Made by a program: the position numbers and the translations under genes. From NCBI GenBank assembly GCA_965644315.1, contig CBFFRQ010000044.1, positions 333,817 to 397,816 of the forward strand: a stretch of DNA of 64,000 nt. The letters are read 5' to 3'. Position 1 is the stretch's first letter; each line of letters starts with the position of its first letter. The DNA is from Caecitellus pseudoparvulus. Taxonomy: Eukaryota; Protista; Bigyra: Bicosoecida. The notes below the pieces were generated by a model that was given only the letters and a program-made list of their open reading frames with translations, ran no database searches and was not told the origin of the DNA. Below are positions 30,093 through 41,100 of this stretch, piece after piece.

Positions 30093-32408
30093 CTACAAGT
30101 GTGCGATGACGGCTGCTGCAGAGGGGGCCTTGGCGGGGCTCAGCTCCTCTGCGTCTGCCCCAGCACGCAGCAGGGCCATGACACCGCCCAGTGCAGCCGA
30201 GTCAAGCGGGTCAGCCCGTGCTGCCGACAGGGCCAGCTGCAACGCCACACACTGCAGGGGCGTCCACCCGAAGTGCGCAGGCACAGTGACATCCAGTTCC
30301 AACGCATCAGCGAGCTGCACCACCTGCACGCCGTCCAGTCCGTGCAACGCAGCAAACGTCAGCAGGGTGTGCCCCGCCAGCTCAGCGATGGGCGACTTGA
30401 GGTCGTGCGTTGCCAGCACAGAGCGCAGCAATGCCACGTCCCCGCCTTGCAGCAGCATGGCCACAGCGACGGCCTCCGGTGACCCAGTGACTCGCATGGG
30501 CGCCTGCAGAGTCAACCCGGCGGCGGCGGCGGTGGGGTGGCCCCGAGCGGCGGCAGCCCACAGGCGCAAATGCCGGGCAATTGCCAGCACCGTGTCCGCC
30601 GCCACGCCCCTCCCCTCCTTGCTCGGCGGCTGCGGCGCACCCGGCTGGGGCGAGCTGAAGTCTAGTGTTCGGGGCGCGGCAGTGGGGGATAGGTGGCCTT
30701 GGGACCTGGGCAGTGTGGCGGGGGCGGCCACATCTGCGGCGGGGGCCGTCAAACCAGAGGGTGGGGGGGAGGCGGGCTGCTGCGTTTCGTCATGCGCCAT
30801 GCCTGGCGGCAGCGGCTGAGCAGGGGGGGGCTGGCCGCTGCCTGGTCGGGGGGGGGACGCCAACACAGACTGCAGACTGTGCAGCAGCGTAGGGGGGGGC
30901 GCGTCCTCGCCAAGGGCCCCTGCACCCCCCAGAGCACCCCCCCCCGCGGCGCTGCCCAGACTACCTCCTGCCAACCCCCCCGCCCACACACTGTGCCCCC
31001 CCGGCAACCCAGTGGCCATGCCCAGCCCGAACAGTCCCGAAGAAACGCCCAAGTCATCCAGGCCCAGCCCACGCAGTGCAATTGGCGCCGGGGAGGGGGA
31101 TGAGTCACTTGCCGCGGCGGGCAGGGACTCATCGGGGATGGTCGGCGGGGCAGACGGGGAGGTGGGCGGAGAGTCACTGGTGGGTGCCAGGGGAGTCACT
31201 AGACCCCCCAGATCTGTCGGGGAGGCGGCAGGTTCCTTGGCGGACCCTGCTGCGCTGTGTTTCAACCGCAGTGGCCGGGGCGGTGATGCGCTGCCGCCGG
31301 AGGGGGGTGCCCGTGAGTCACTTCGCTTGCCCTTCGCCAGTGACCCACGCACAGCACCGAGAAAGGAGATGGGGGAGGAGGAGGAGCCTCGCTCAGCGGA
31401 AAATGCAGGCGGGTTGGGGGTCACTCCCGCTGAGTCACCTGGCACTGTGGGCCCATCGGTGGACCCAGGGCTCACCCCCTCCGCCTGCAGACTTCCCCCT
31501 TTCCCAGCGCTGCCCAGGGCCATTCGCTGCCCAGCCGATGGGTGTGGCAGGCGAGGGGAGCTGCCTGGTTCGCCCATGTTGCTGCTGCGGTATTTGGCCA
31601 GGCGCTCCACCTCCTTGCGCAGGTACGAGTTTACCTCCCGGATGGGTTCCTGAAACGTGCTGGAGTTGCGCTCTGTGCACGGCAGGGGCAATGCGGCAGT
31701 TGTGTGTGGGTGGCTCGCGTGTCTGCCCAGCAGGGGCGCCGCTGCCCTCTCACCCTGCAGCAGCCACAACAGGCCCAACACCTGGTGGGGAGTGCACCGT
31801 CGCTCCAGCACTGCAATGACGTCCGGGCGCAGCTTCATGGCGCGTTCAAGGCGCCTGGCCTCGGCTTCGGGGGCGGGGGGGTCTCTGCACCACCATTCGG
31901 GCTGCACAAGGGAGGGGGGAGGCGGTGCCTGCGCCGTGCCAGGGCTGCCGTCACACCATCAGCGGGGCAGGCGCACTGCAAGGCTGGTTGCGGCAGCTGT
32001 GGGGCACACACCTCCTCGGTCATGCGGCGGAAGATGAGACGGGAAATGTAGCTGCTGCAGTTCTTCACTGGGTTTCCCTGGCAAGCGGAGGGGGGGGCAA
32101 GGGCGGGTGTCTTGCTGTGGGCGTCGGGTTCAAACGCCATGTTCCGCAGGTTGCACGGCAGCGGCAACAGCGGCGCCGACAGCCAACGCAGAGTCAAGAG
32201 CACTCACCCTGCGCATGCGGTTTACCAATACCTCCAGCATTTGATACTGCAGCGTGGGTGGGCAGATGCCTAGGAGGAAGGAGGCGTCCTTGTCCAGCGG
32301 CACCTGACTGCGCATGCGGCGAAGCTCCGCCTTGCCGGGCTGGGGGCCGCGCAGAGACTCCAAAATGGCATCACTGTTGACAGTCTTGAGTGTGACTGGA
32401 CTGGCCAT
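30093..32408 (-). CDS. Protein with two N-terminal helical repeats (hnRNP-Q acidic-domain/NURR-like), long Pro/Ser-rich linker and C-terminal ankyrin-like repeats; exons 32408-32208, 32077-32012, 31901-30093 (probably one more in-frame intron)
   Basis: GT-AG splicing joins MASPVTLK...VNRMRR|GNPVKNCSSYISRLIFRRMTEE|PEWWCRD...; C-terminal GHTLLTFAALHG...FGWTPLQ...ALLRAGAD. Confidence 0.7.
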
Positions 32409-32680
32409 GGTTTCGTGTCTTTCTTCGAGCCTGGTGCGTCCTCGGCGTCAGGCAGGCGGCAGAAACCTTTCGTTCACACCACGCCGGTTGCGGGGCGGCA
32501 AGTGGACAAGCAGGGCCCAAGCAGCAATCAGCTGCGTGACTCGCTGCCGATAAGGGAGGGGGGTGCAGCTCATGTGGCCAGGGGGGCAGACTGTGTTGAT
32601 TGCTGAATTTTGGCACACGGATGCCCCGGGGTGTTTGGTGGCCACTTCGGGCTCTGGCCTCAGCAACACATGCCGCTGGG

Positions 32681-35600
32681 CTACTCATCCCCCTCAAGCC
32701 AGCCAGCCAGCACCTCTTGCACATCATCCTTCGTCAGAGGCGCAGCGGTGACCAGAAGTGGAGCAGAGCGCCATTCGCGCTCTGTGCCTGCCTTGAGTGG
32801 CTCTGGCACTCGGGGGCGTTTCGACGCTGGCCCATCCCCTTGCAGCAACGCTGCTACGTGCTGCATCAGCTCAGGTGTGCCACTGTCCCACACACGGGAG
32901 GGGTGTGGGAACCCCCCCCATCCGCGCATGTACCGATTCCACTTGCCCAGTCGACTGGTTGGTCGCCACAGACGGCGCAGGTACGGGTCTGTGAAAAGAG
33001 CTCCATGCACAACTGATGTGGCAGCCGGTGAACCTGCAAGCTTAAAACTCCCGACCGACACGCCTGGGACCGCCGGTGGCTCCTCTATGGCACTACTTGC
33101 ATCATATTCGCCGCCCTGCAGTTGCCCATCCTGGGCTTCTGCCGCCTCACCAGCAGCTGCAAGCGACCCCGGTGCATCGTGCAATCCCTGAAGCAAAGAC
33201 GCTCGCCGGTGGGCCTCTCTTGCTACCTGCCCCTGCACACTCAAGCCCACAGCTGCCTCAAGGGCGTGTGTGTACACAATGGGGAGGCGCTTGCCGGCAC
33301 CAGTCAAAGTCCACGGAGGGGTGCGCGCTGCCAAGTCGGAACCGCTCCCCTCCGCCCAAAGTGCGAACCGACTTGGGGCGTCGGTGGCCTGCACCACCCA
33401 TGCAAATGCTTGAGATGGTGGTGATCCAGGCACCAAACAGGTACAGAACAGGGCTAGTGTGTCGGCTTGTCGCACGATGCGGTCTGGCGTGAGTTGTGCC
33501 GCCAGGTCAGCGCCCAGCTCAACGCGAGCTCGAGCAACTAGTGCTGCCAACGTTAGCGGCACGGTGGCGGCACAGCGCACCCATGCCGCCGCAGTTGGAT
33601 TCATGGGAGCAGCCGCGCCGGCCACCGCATACTTTTGCACGTCTTGTGTTCTTGGGACAGCAGCCCGGGTGTCGCTTTGTGAAGTGGCGACGAGCGACTC
33701 GCTGGCCAGACCAGCAGTTGTAACGCTCAATGAGGCGCCCGCCATACCCCACTGAAGTCGTGCCAGGCCAAGGGATGGGCGCACGACATCTGTTTGAGAC
33801 CCACTCAGCAGTTGGCCCACGTCTCCTGCGCGAACAGTACCGCGCGCGCCATGCAATGCTGCTCCGCCGACAAAGCGAGCGAGCGTGCTGCGAGAAGCCA
33901 GCACTGACCAAGCCCAGCCCTGCGATGGGTGGCTGTCCATCACGGCCCGCATGTTAAGGGCCACGCATGGCCCATCACTGCTGGGCTGCCCCACAATGCG
34001 CAGCGGAGGGGGGGTGGCATGACTTGGGGGAGCAGCCTCCTCACCACTGCTGGACGTATCCGAGAAGTACTCCTCCAGCATCCCACTTCCTGGCGCCCCC
34101 GGCACGACGAGCCTGGCCAATTCCCCAGCCACACGCAGCAAGCCGCTCTCTGGTTCCTCCGAGACTTCTGGCACAGCGTCTGCACCTAGCAAGGAGCGCA
34201 AAGTGTCGCTCAGGCCCGGGACACTGACTCCAGCAAGAGTCAGCAAGGCAGGCGCAACAGCACGCGCACTCTCACACCAGGCTCGCAAGATAGCTGCAGT
34301 GACTTGCACTTGTACAGCTGGCGACAAGCCCACGCGGCAGGCTGCAGCCACAGAGTGCCAGTCGACACTGCCGATCACCGCATCGATGTGATGTTGCATC
34401 CACGCTGCGTCCGCGCCAGCTACCTCCTTTTCGCGGCTTTCGACAATATCGCACAGCTCCTCCAATGCCTGCACTTGCGTTGCAGTGGCATGGTGTGCGG
34501 CGCTCACCACGGCATCCACCCTGCGCTGCAAGCGCTCGGGCAGGCTGCACTCCTTCTGCCACGCAGCCGAGATGCTGGGGGGCATGCCGTCGGTGCACGC
34601 GACCTGCTGCAGGAGCGGACCTGGCTCCCGCATGCCTCGTGTCGCTGGTAGGGAGCTCGCAGTGCTGTGTGCATCAGGCCACAGCGCATCAGGGCCGCCA
34701 GAGGCCGCCTCATCCTCCTCCACTGCCCCCGTCATCGCCACCTCACCCCCGCCGGAACCCAGCCCAGCGTCAGACTCCTTGTCGTAGCTTGACGCCCCTC
34801 CCAGTGCAGACGATGCCTCGGCCAATCCTGCGCTTCTGTTCCCTGCGCTCCTCGCATCTGGCGCTGGGGATCTGTCCATAGCAGCAATAGCAGCATCAAA
34901 CGCGTCGTTGGGCTGGCAGGCTCCGGGCGTCGTGGGTTCTTCAACAAAAGACAACGTGGAGGTGTTCAAATCGCACGACATGGCAGCATTTGCCACCCGT
35001 GATACAGCTGCGGCTGTCTGCAGCGGGTCGTCTGCCACCGGGGCTGCGACTAGCACCGAGTCCGCGCACCGGACTGCTGCCAAGCCGTCTGCAGATGAGT
35101 GGCGGACCACATTGCCTGCCTGCTGCACTGCGCAACGCAGGGCAGCTAGTGCCTGGAACGCTGGACGGAGAGCTCGCCGGACCGTGCGGGGAAGAGCAGA
35201 TGCAGCTGCGCTATTATGGGGTGAGGAGTGCAGCCTGTGACAGATGGGGGCTGACAGCTTTGACGCCCTTGCCAGCCAGCCGTTGCTTGCCGATGCCTGC
35301 ACTGGGGGCGGTGCTGGTGGCTGGAGGCGGGGGCCACCTTTGGGGCGTGTGGACATTGGCAGGCACACTGCTGCGCGAGCAGCCCACTCAAAGGCAGCAG
35401 CCACGGCGCATGTGGCTTGCGCTGGAGCATGGCTCAGAACATCGTGCAAGGCAGACCGCAGCGGAGCCGGCAGTACGTCCCAGGGCATCGCTGTCGATGA
35501 GGCACTACCTTGATGCAAGCGATTCGCTTCTTTGGCTGCTAAGACAGCCAAAGCGGTCGCGGCAGATGTGAAGACGGGGCTTTGCGAGGACAAGCCAGGC

Positions 35601-37897
35601 CACGCACCTGACCCAGCAAGTGCCAACAGGTACGGGGCACACGGGTCCTCAGCAGCTTGCCGCTTGCCTGCCGAGTCACTGACCCACTCTGCTAGACATG
35701 ACAGCCCTGCACTGTTGCCCAGGCGCGTGAACCTGCGGTGGTCGGAGGCTGCGACCACCTCGCGCTGCCACGTCGCCACTTGAGAGAGTACAGTGCCGGT
35801 AGAAGCACCGCCCCCACCCACTTGCACGTGCACATCTACGATATCAGAGGTTGGTGCTGAAAGCTTGCTGCTGCGTCGTTTACGCGGGGAGCAAGCCGCG
35901 ATGACTGACGCAAAGCGCCTCACGCTGCGCTCCCACAGAGAAGTGTCGTTCAGCACGCCGAACGCCTGGCGAAGCACTGCGCCACAGTCGTCGCCCCCCC
36001 CACGCGCCACACGACGGAAATGCGCAGCGTGCTGCAACAGAGAGGCTGAGGTGACTGGTGGTGTGTGCGTGACGCTCCGGTGAGGCCTGCTCAAGTCGAC
36101 GCCCTCGGAGCTCTCGGGGGAGGAGTGGGCTTGGGCTCCTCCCTCGTGAATGAGCTGGGGCTGCAGGGAGGTGGATGCTGTCAGGCGCAGCACCGTGCCC
36201 TGCCGTGTGACAGCTACAATGCTCACACTTGCCTGTCCACCCACATCGCTGTCCAGGCTGTCGGCCTGCCACGCACGAAGAGGGTTGAACTGTGCGGTGC
36301 AGGCCTCCCTGGGGGGCAAGGCTTGCAGTCGCGCAATGTAATCATCGATGTATACCTTGCAAGTGCCTCCTGCCTGCGTCCCAATGCGAGATGGGCCAGA
36401 AGCCTGCAGGCGCAGCTGGGGCGGTGTGCTGCGGCCGGCAAGCATGCCGCTGCTCATGGCTTCCAGTCGGGTCCCAGGCCCGCTGGTACCGGTGTTGTAG
36501 GTGTGCAGGAGGGCAAAGACATCCGTGTCACTGTGTCCTGCGGCAGTTCCTGGCGTTGATGGGGGGGCTGGCAACGGAGCCCTGGGCTCCGGAGGTGGCA
36601 CGTGCACCGCAGGCACGGCCCAGGCCTCTCCAGATTGAAAGCTGACGTTGAGCTGGTCAGCGCTGCCTTGGGAAAGAGCAGACTCCTCACGTGGGTCTTC
36701 AGGCTGCTGACTTGTCGTTATGCTGAGAAATGTGATGGTGGCGCCATGGTGCACAAGGAACACCCCGCCAACCAGCCACCGCCCGGGTGAGTCAAACGTT
36801 GGCTCGGCCAAGCAAACAGCGCTTGGCAGCTGAACTGCCTCTGCCAGTACGCCACAGCCATCGGTGTGCACAGCGCTGTTGGGGGCGTCTGCGTGCTGGG
36901 CGGGCAGATCCAGGGCGGCGAGGCAGACAGCGAGGGGTGGCCCGCTTTCTCTGGCATGCAGCTGCAGCAAAGTGACCGTACCTGCTGCCACAGCCACGAG
37001 GCATGGCTGGGCACAGCCTACAACCACAGCCTTCGCAACGCACTGTAGGGCATCTTGCCCAAGTGGTGCTAGTGGGTTGGGGGATTGCAGTGCGCGATTG
37101 GGGGCTTGACTTTGCGCGTGTGGAAGCTGCCAAACCCAGACAGGCTGCAGACCTGCCCTGGCCCAGAACACTCCTTTGCGCCCCCACCAGAGTCCAGGAA
37201 AGCCGGGACAGGGGTGGGTAGGAGGTATGTCACAGCAGAGGCCCTCTGCCGAGAATGAGAGGCTGCGCTGCATGAGCGGCAGCAGTGGGTGGGAAACGAC
37301 ATCCTGGTCGTCAGGGTTGGGGGGTTCGCTCGGCCAAACAGTCGTGGCTAGACTGGCCCAGGAACCACCAGCACAGGTGAGACAACAAGCTGAAGCCCTG
37401 CCTCGCACCCAGAGTTGGTCGTTGGTCTCCCATGCACACTCTGTAAAGTCACCACGTTCTGAGTGCTCCAGGGAGATGCATGGTGTAGGGTGTCCAGTGA
37501 GGGTGTAGATTCTCACCTGGCTGCTGGTGAACACTGCCACAGTGCCAGCGCCCGGCGCACTTGAGAGGTGCTGAATGTGCTCGCTTTCCTCTTGTGTAAC
37601 AACAGCGCGCATCCCTGATTGGGCGAGGACAGCCACGGCCCAAGTTGTGGGTGTGGCCTGCACAGCGACCCAGCTGGGTTCCGAACTCGCACCCTGCACA
37701 CCAGGCGAAGAAAACTGCGAGGCAGCGGGGGATGCTGTCACAGGAAGAGAAGATTTGAGGTGTTTCTTGACTTCTCCTAACTCGTGAGCAGTGATCCAAG
37801 GGAGCGGGGAGGGCACTCCTGCGCGGCGTGCGGATGCGAAACTCTGAAACGCTGCCACAAGGGCAGACCCAGCTCTCAGCCGTCTCACCTTGGCCAT
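32681..37897 (-). CDS. Large uncharacterised protein (1738 aa)
   Basis: 5.2-kb uninterrupted ATG-initiated ORF filling the space between identified genes; no motif I recognise. Confidence 0.65.
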   Translation of the reverse strand: MAKVRRLRAGSALVAAFQSFASARRAGVPSPLPWITAHELGEVKKHLKSSLPVTASPAASQFSSPGVQGASSEPSWVAVQATPTTWAVAVLAQSGMRAVVTQEESEHIQHLSSAPGAGTVAVFTSSQVRIYTLTGHPTPCISLEHSERGDFTECAWETNDQLWVRGRASACCLTCAGGSWASLATTVWPSEPPNPDDQDVVSHPLLPLMQRSLSFSAEGLCCDIPPTHPCPGFPGLWWGRKGVFWARAGLQPVWVWQLPHAQSQAPNRALQSPNPLAPLGQDALQCVAKAVVVGCAQPCLVAVAAGTVTLLQLHARESGPPLAVCLAALDLPAQHADAPNSAVHTDGCGVLAEAVQLPSAVCLAEPTFDSPGRWLVGGVFLVHHGATITFLSITTSQQPEDPREESALSQGSADQLNVSFQSGEAWAVPAVHVPPPEPRAPLPAPPSTPGTAAGHSDTDVFALLHTYNTGTSGPGTRLEAMSSGMLAGRSTPPQLRLQASGPSRIGTQAGGTCKVYIDDYIARLQALPPREACTAQFNPLRAWQADSLDSDVGGQASVSIVAVTRQGTVLRLTASTSLQPQLIHEGGAQAHSSPESSEGVDLSRPHRSVTHTPPVTSASLLQHAAHFRRVARGGGDDCGAVLRQAFGVLNDTSLWERSVRRFASVIAACSPRKRRSSKLSAPTSDIVDVHVQVGGGGASTGTVLSQVATWQREVVAASDHRRFTRLGNSAGLSCLAEWVSDSAGKRQAAEDPCAPYLLALAGSGAWPGLSSQSPVFTSAATALAVLAAKEANRLHQGSASSTAMPWDVLPAPLRSALHDVLSHAPAQATCAVAAAFEWAARAAVCLPMSTRPKGGPRLQPPAPPPVQASASNGWLARASKLSAPICHRLHSSPHNSAAASALPRTVRRALRPAFQALAALRCAVQQAGNVVRHSSADGLAAVRCADSVLVAAPVADDPLQTAAAVSRVANAAMSCDLNTSTLSFVEEPTTPGACQPNDAFDAAIAAMDRSPAPDARSAGNRSAGLAEASSALGGASSYDKESDAGLGSGGGEVAMTGAVEEDEAASGGPDALWPDAHSTASSLPATRGMREPGPLLQQVACTDGMPPSISAAWQKECSLPERLQRRVDAVVSAAHHATATQVQALEELCDIVESREKEVAGADAAWMQHHIDAVIGSVDWHSVAAACRVGLSPAVQVQVTAAILRAWCESARAVAPALLTLAGVSVPGLSDTLRSLLGADAVPEVSEEPESGLLRVAGELARLVVPGAPGSGMLEEYFSDTSSSGEEAAPPSHATPPPLRIVGQPSSDGPCVALNMRAVMDSHPSQGWAWSVLASRSTLARFVGGAALHGARGTVRAGDVGQLLSGSQTDVVRPSLGLARLQWGMAGASLSVTTAGLASESLVATSQSDTRAAVPRTQDVQKYAVAGAAAPMNPTAAAWVRCAATVPLTLAALVARARVELGADLAAQLTPDRIVRQADTLALFCTCLVPGSPPSQAFAWVVQATDAPSRFALWAEGSGSDLAARTPPWTLTGAGKRLPIVYTHALEAAVGLSVQGQVAREAHRRASLLQGLHDAPGSLAAAGEAAEAQDGQLQGGEYDASSAIEEPPAVPGVSVGSFKLAGSPAATSVVHGALFTDPYLRRLWRPTSRLGKWNRYMRGWGGFPHPSRVWDSGTPELMQHVAALLQGDGPASKRPRVPEPLKAGTEREWRSAPLLVTAAPLTKDDVQEVLAGWLEGDE

Positions 37898-38199
37898 CGT
37901 ACACCACCAGCGGAGAGGGGAAGAAATTCATCCTTTCAACTCCTATGTGTGCCCTGCCCTTCTCGCCCGCTCGTCGTTTCTGGGCGTCTGGGAGCGCTGG
38001 GCGTGAAGCATATGAGACTGGTTCGGGCAAGCTTTGGCGTGAAGGATACGCCCAGCACACTGCCTTGCAGCAACGCTCAGCAGCGAGAACGGCACGCACG
38101 GCCCAGTCTCCTGTTGACCGTTGCATTGTGTTCCCTGTCTGAAAGCATCGCCCCCCCCCCTGACAGCATCACGACGCAGCCCCCGAACGCGACAGCGAG

Positions 38200-41100
38200 T
38201 CACAGCCTGGCCATCATGGGCAGCTCAGCCGACACCGTGAGGGAGAAGGGGTCTGACCTCAAGGGAACAGGGGCGGCCTTGCGGAACTGGGCGATGGTGC
38301 TGGCCAGCGCGCTCAGCGCCTTGCGGGAGGCGTATCGCGGCGCCAGCGCGACGCAGGGCACACTCTTCTCCCGGAACCGCCGCTGGCCAGGGGCCACTGT
38401 GCCCTGCCCCACGCTCGCCGACACCTCGCTGGGCTTGGCTTGGGCAGTGACGAGCACACCCCAGTCCACCAGGGTGGCCATGGCGTTGTTGAGGGTTTCC
38501 AGCGCACACGCCTCATAGTAGCTGATGATGCGCTGGTGAAAGAGCGTCTCCGCAAGCCACTGTGTGCGCCCCGCCAAATCGGCACGGGGTGCGAAGCAGG
38601 TGAGGGGGATGCCGCCCACACTGCCGGCAGCGGAGGTGTCTGCCAGCCCAGCGGGCGCCATGGGCAGTGCCGCCAGCGCCAGCACGGTGACCCAGTACGA
38701 GTCCAGGAACGGCCACAGCATGGAGCATGCCAGGGAAAACGCAGGGCCTCGCGCCACACACACCTTGGCTGCAGGGTGCAGCCCCGCCGCCTCAGCACGG
38801 CCCTGCACAGCCTGGGGCAAGCTGCTCGGAACCGATGGAGCACCTGCAGCTTCAGAAGGCGCTGCACCAGGGGTGGCAGCAGCCCCTCCAGAGCCCATGA
38901 GCGCAGACCAGGCTGCAGAGACGGCGGTGGTGGAGGTTTTCGCCGTGTCCGGGGTGGGACGGGGCCCGTCACTCTCCGCACACGCGAGCTGGAATGTGCC
39001 CTGCTCCAGTGCGTCAAGCAGACCCCCCACTGCGTCACTCACTGTGCATGGTGCCGCTGTGTCTGCGACAGCTTGCACCGTGGCCTGCCGCTGTCGAAGC
39101 GGCGCCAAGCAGGAGAACGGGTGCGTGTCGGCAACTGACACCATGGACCGCTCACGCACCAGTTCCCGACGCAGGAGGGCGTCCAAAAACAACACGGAAG
39201 GCAGAACAGCCGACCAGGCAACGCAGTGCTGCCCTGCATCGGAGTCAGAGTCCAGGCCGTCTGCTGCAGCCTGCAACTGGCGGCCCTCTGCCACCGCTGT
39301 GGCTGCGAACATGGCAATGGCCCAAATGCCCTCCAGCGACCACCACTGCAGCAGCTTGTTCCGGTAATAGCCCAGGGCGATCCAGCGACCGTAGTCCTCC
39401 CGCCGCGACACGTTGGGCGCAAACACTTGCCGGCCCTCGGCATCAGTCACGAGAGGTGACAGCAGGTCCAGCGCGACCTTCGGCAGTTGGCGTCGCTGCT
39501 GTCCTTCAGTGCACGCGACTCGCCCACCCCGGGCGACCACCTGCCGACGCAGCCACTCCACCTGCTTGACAAGACTGGCCATGCCGATGCCCTGGCGGTA
39601 CTGCAGGCACAGTGTTGCGACGAGGTGTGTTGGCATGGCGGCCGTGCTGCCGTGAATGGCGCCCACCAGGCGGTTCGCGACAGCACGCATCAGCGGTGCA
39701 CGGGCAGCTGACTCGCGGTACGCCACGTTGCAGTCTGTCGGCCCTGGCGCAGGTTCTCCAACACAGGTGATGCGTGGCATGTCCAGGTCACGTGCTAGCT
39801 GGGGCAGGAGGGAGTGGGCCGAGATGGGCGCGCCGAACGTCAGCGCGATGCGGCCGAAGGACTGGGACAGCACTTGGGCAGATTTGAGCAGGTTCCCGAG
39901 GGTTTCCTTGGGCTTGCGCTGACCCAGGAGCTCAGACGAATACAGAAGCGTCTCCAGCGGGCGCTCGTAGTCAAGGGAAATGGGCACGATCCAAGCCTTG
40001 GACAGGCGGCCGTCAAGCAGCGGTTCTAGGGCCATATCCAGCATTCCATACCGCGGCAGCAGCATCTTGCCACTGCGGCTGCGGGTGCCCTCGATGAAGA
40101 ACTCCACCACTTGGTTGTGCACTAGGAGAGTCTGCATGTATGCGCGGAGGATGGCGGAGTACAGGGCGTCGTCGCGAAAGGAGCGGCGGATGAAGAACGC
40201 GCCGGAGCGCCTCAGCATTTCCGACACACTTGCCAGGCCGAGAAAATCCTCCCCTGCTGCGATAAATGGCAGGGGCAGGTTGTACGCGAAGAAGACGTAG
40301 CTGAGCAGGAGGAAGTCCATGTACGACCTGTGGGAGGGCAGGAGCAGGAGGGGCCCGCCACCTTGAGCCGACTGCACCGCCAACTTGCGCACCGCTTCGA
40401 GGCCCGCCTCATCAACTGTGATGCCCTGGTAGATCGTGCGCATGACCTTACGCAGGCCCCATCCAAGTAAACGGGGCGTGCTGGGGTCCGGTGTCGCGGC
40501 AATGTGGGCGAGGATGCGCTTCGCCTCCGCCAGCGCGTCTGATGAGAGCACAACAGACTCGGGACCACCTGCAGCCGCATTTGCTACGCCCTTGCTCAAG
40601 TCTTGCAGTGCCGCCTGCACCCGAGGAGACGCCAAGACAGCTGCCCGCAGTGCATCTGCGTCCGGCAGGAATGCTCGCGGAACATGCTTGGCTTCGTGAG
40701 CCTGCCCTTCCCGCCACCCCGTCGCGCCGAGCAGCCGCCCTAGCACACCCGAGTGCGTGTAGCCGGGGCGCCGAGACGATGTGTACGCCCACACAAGGTC
40801 CGGGATGAGGCTGGGGAAGGAGATGGCGTGGTGGTCGGGGTCCCACTGCAAGAGGCGTCCGGACGTCAACGCCAGCTCCGTGTGCGCAACTGCCTCCTGG
40901 CCCAGCTCCACCATATCCTCTCGCATCACGAACGTGCTGAGGCCATGGCCGAAGTGGGAAAAGTAACGGTTCCAGTCGATTTCAGCGGCATCAAAGGTCC
41001 ACATGCTCACTTCCTCAGGCGCAAGTGCCGCCCGCAGTTGGTGCGCAGAGGGGGACAGAAAGAAGAACTCGTGCATGGTGAAATGCTCGAACAACTGCAC

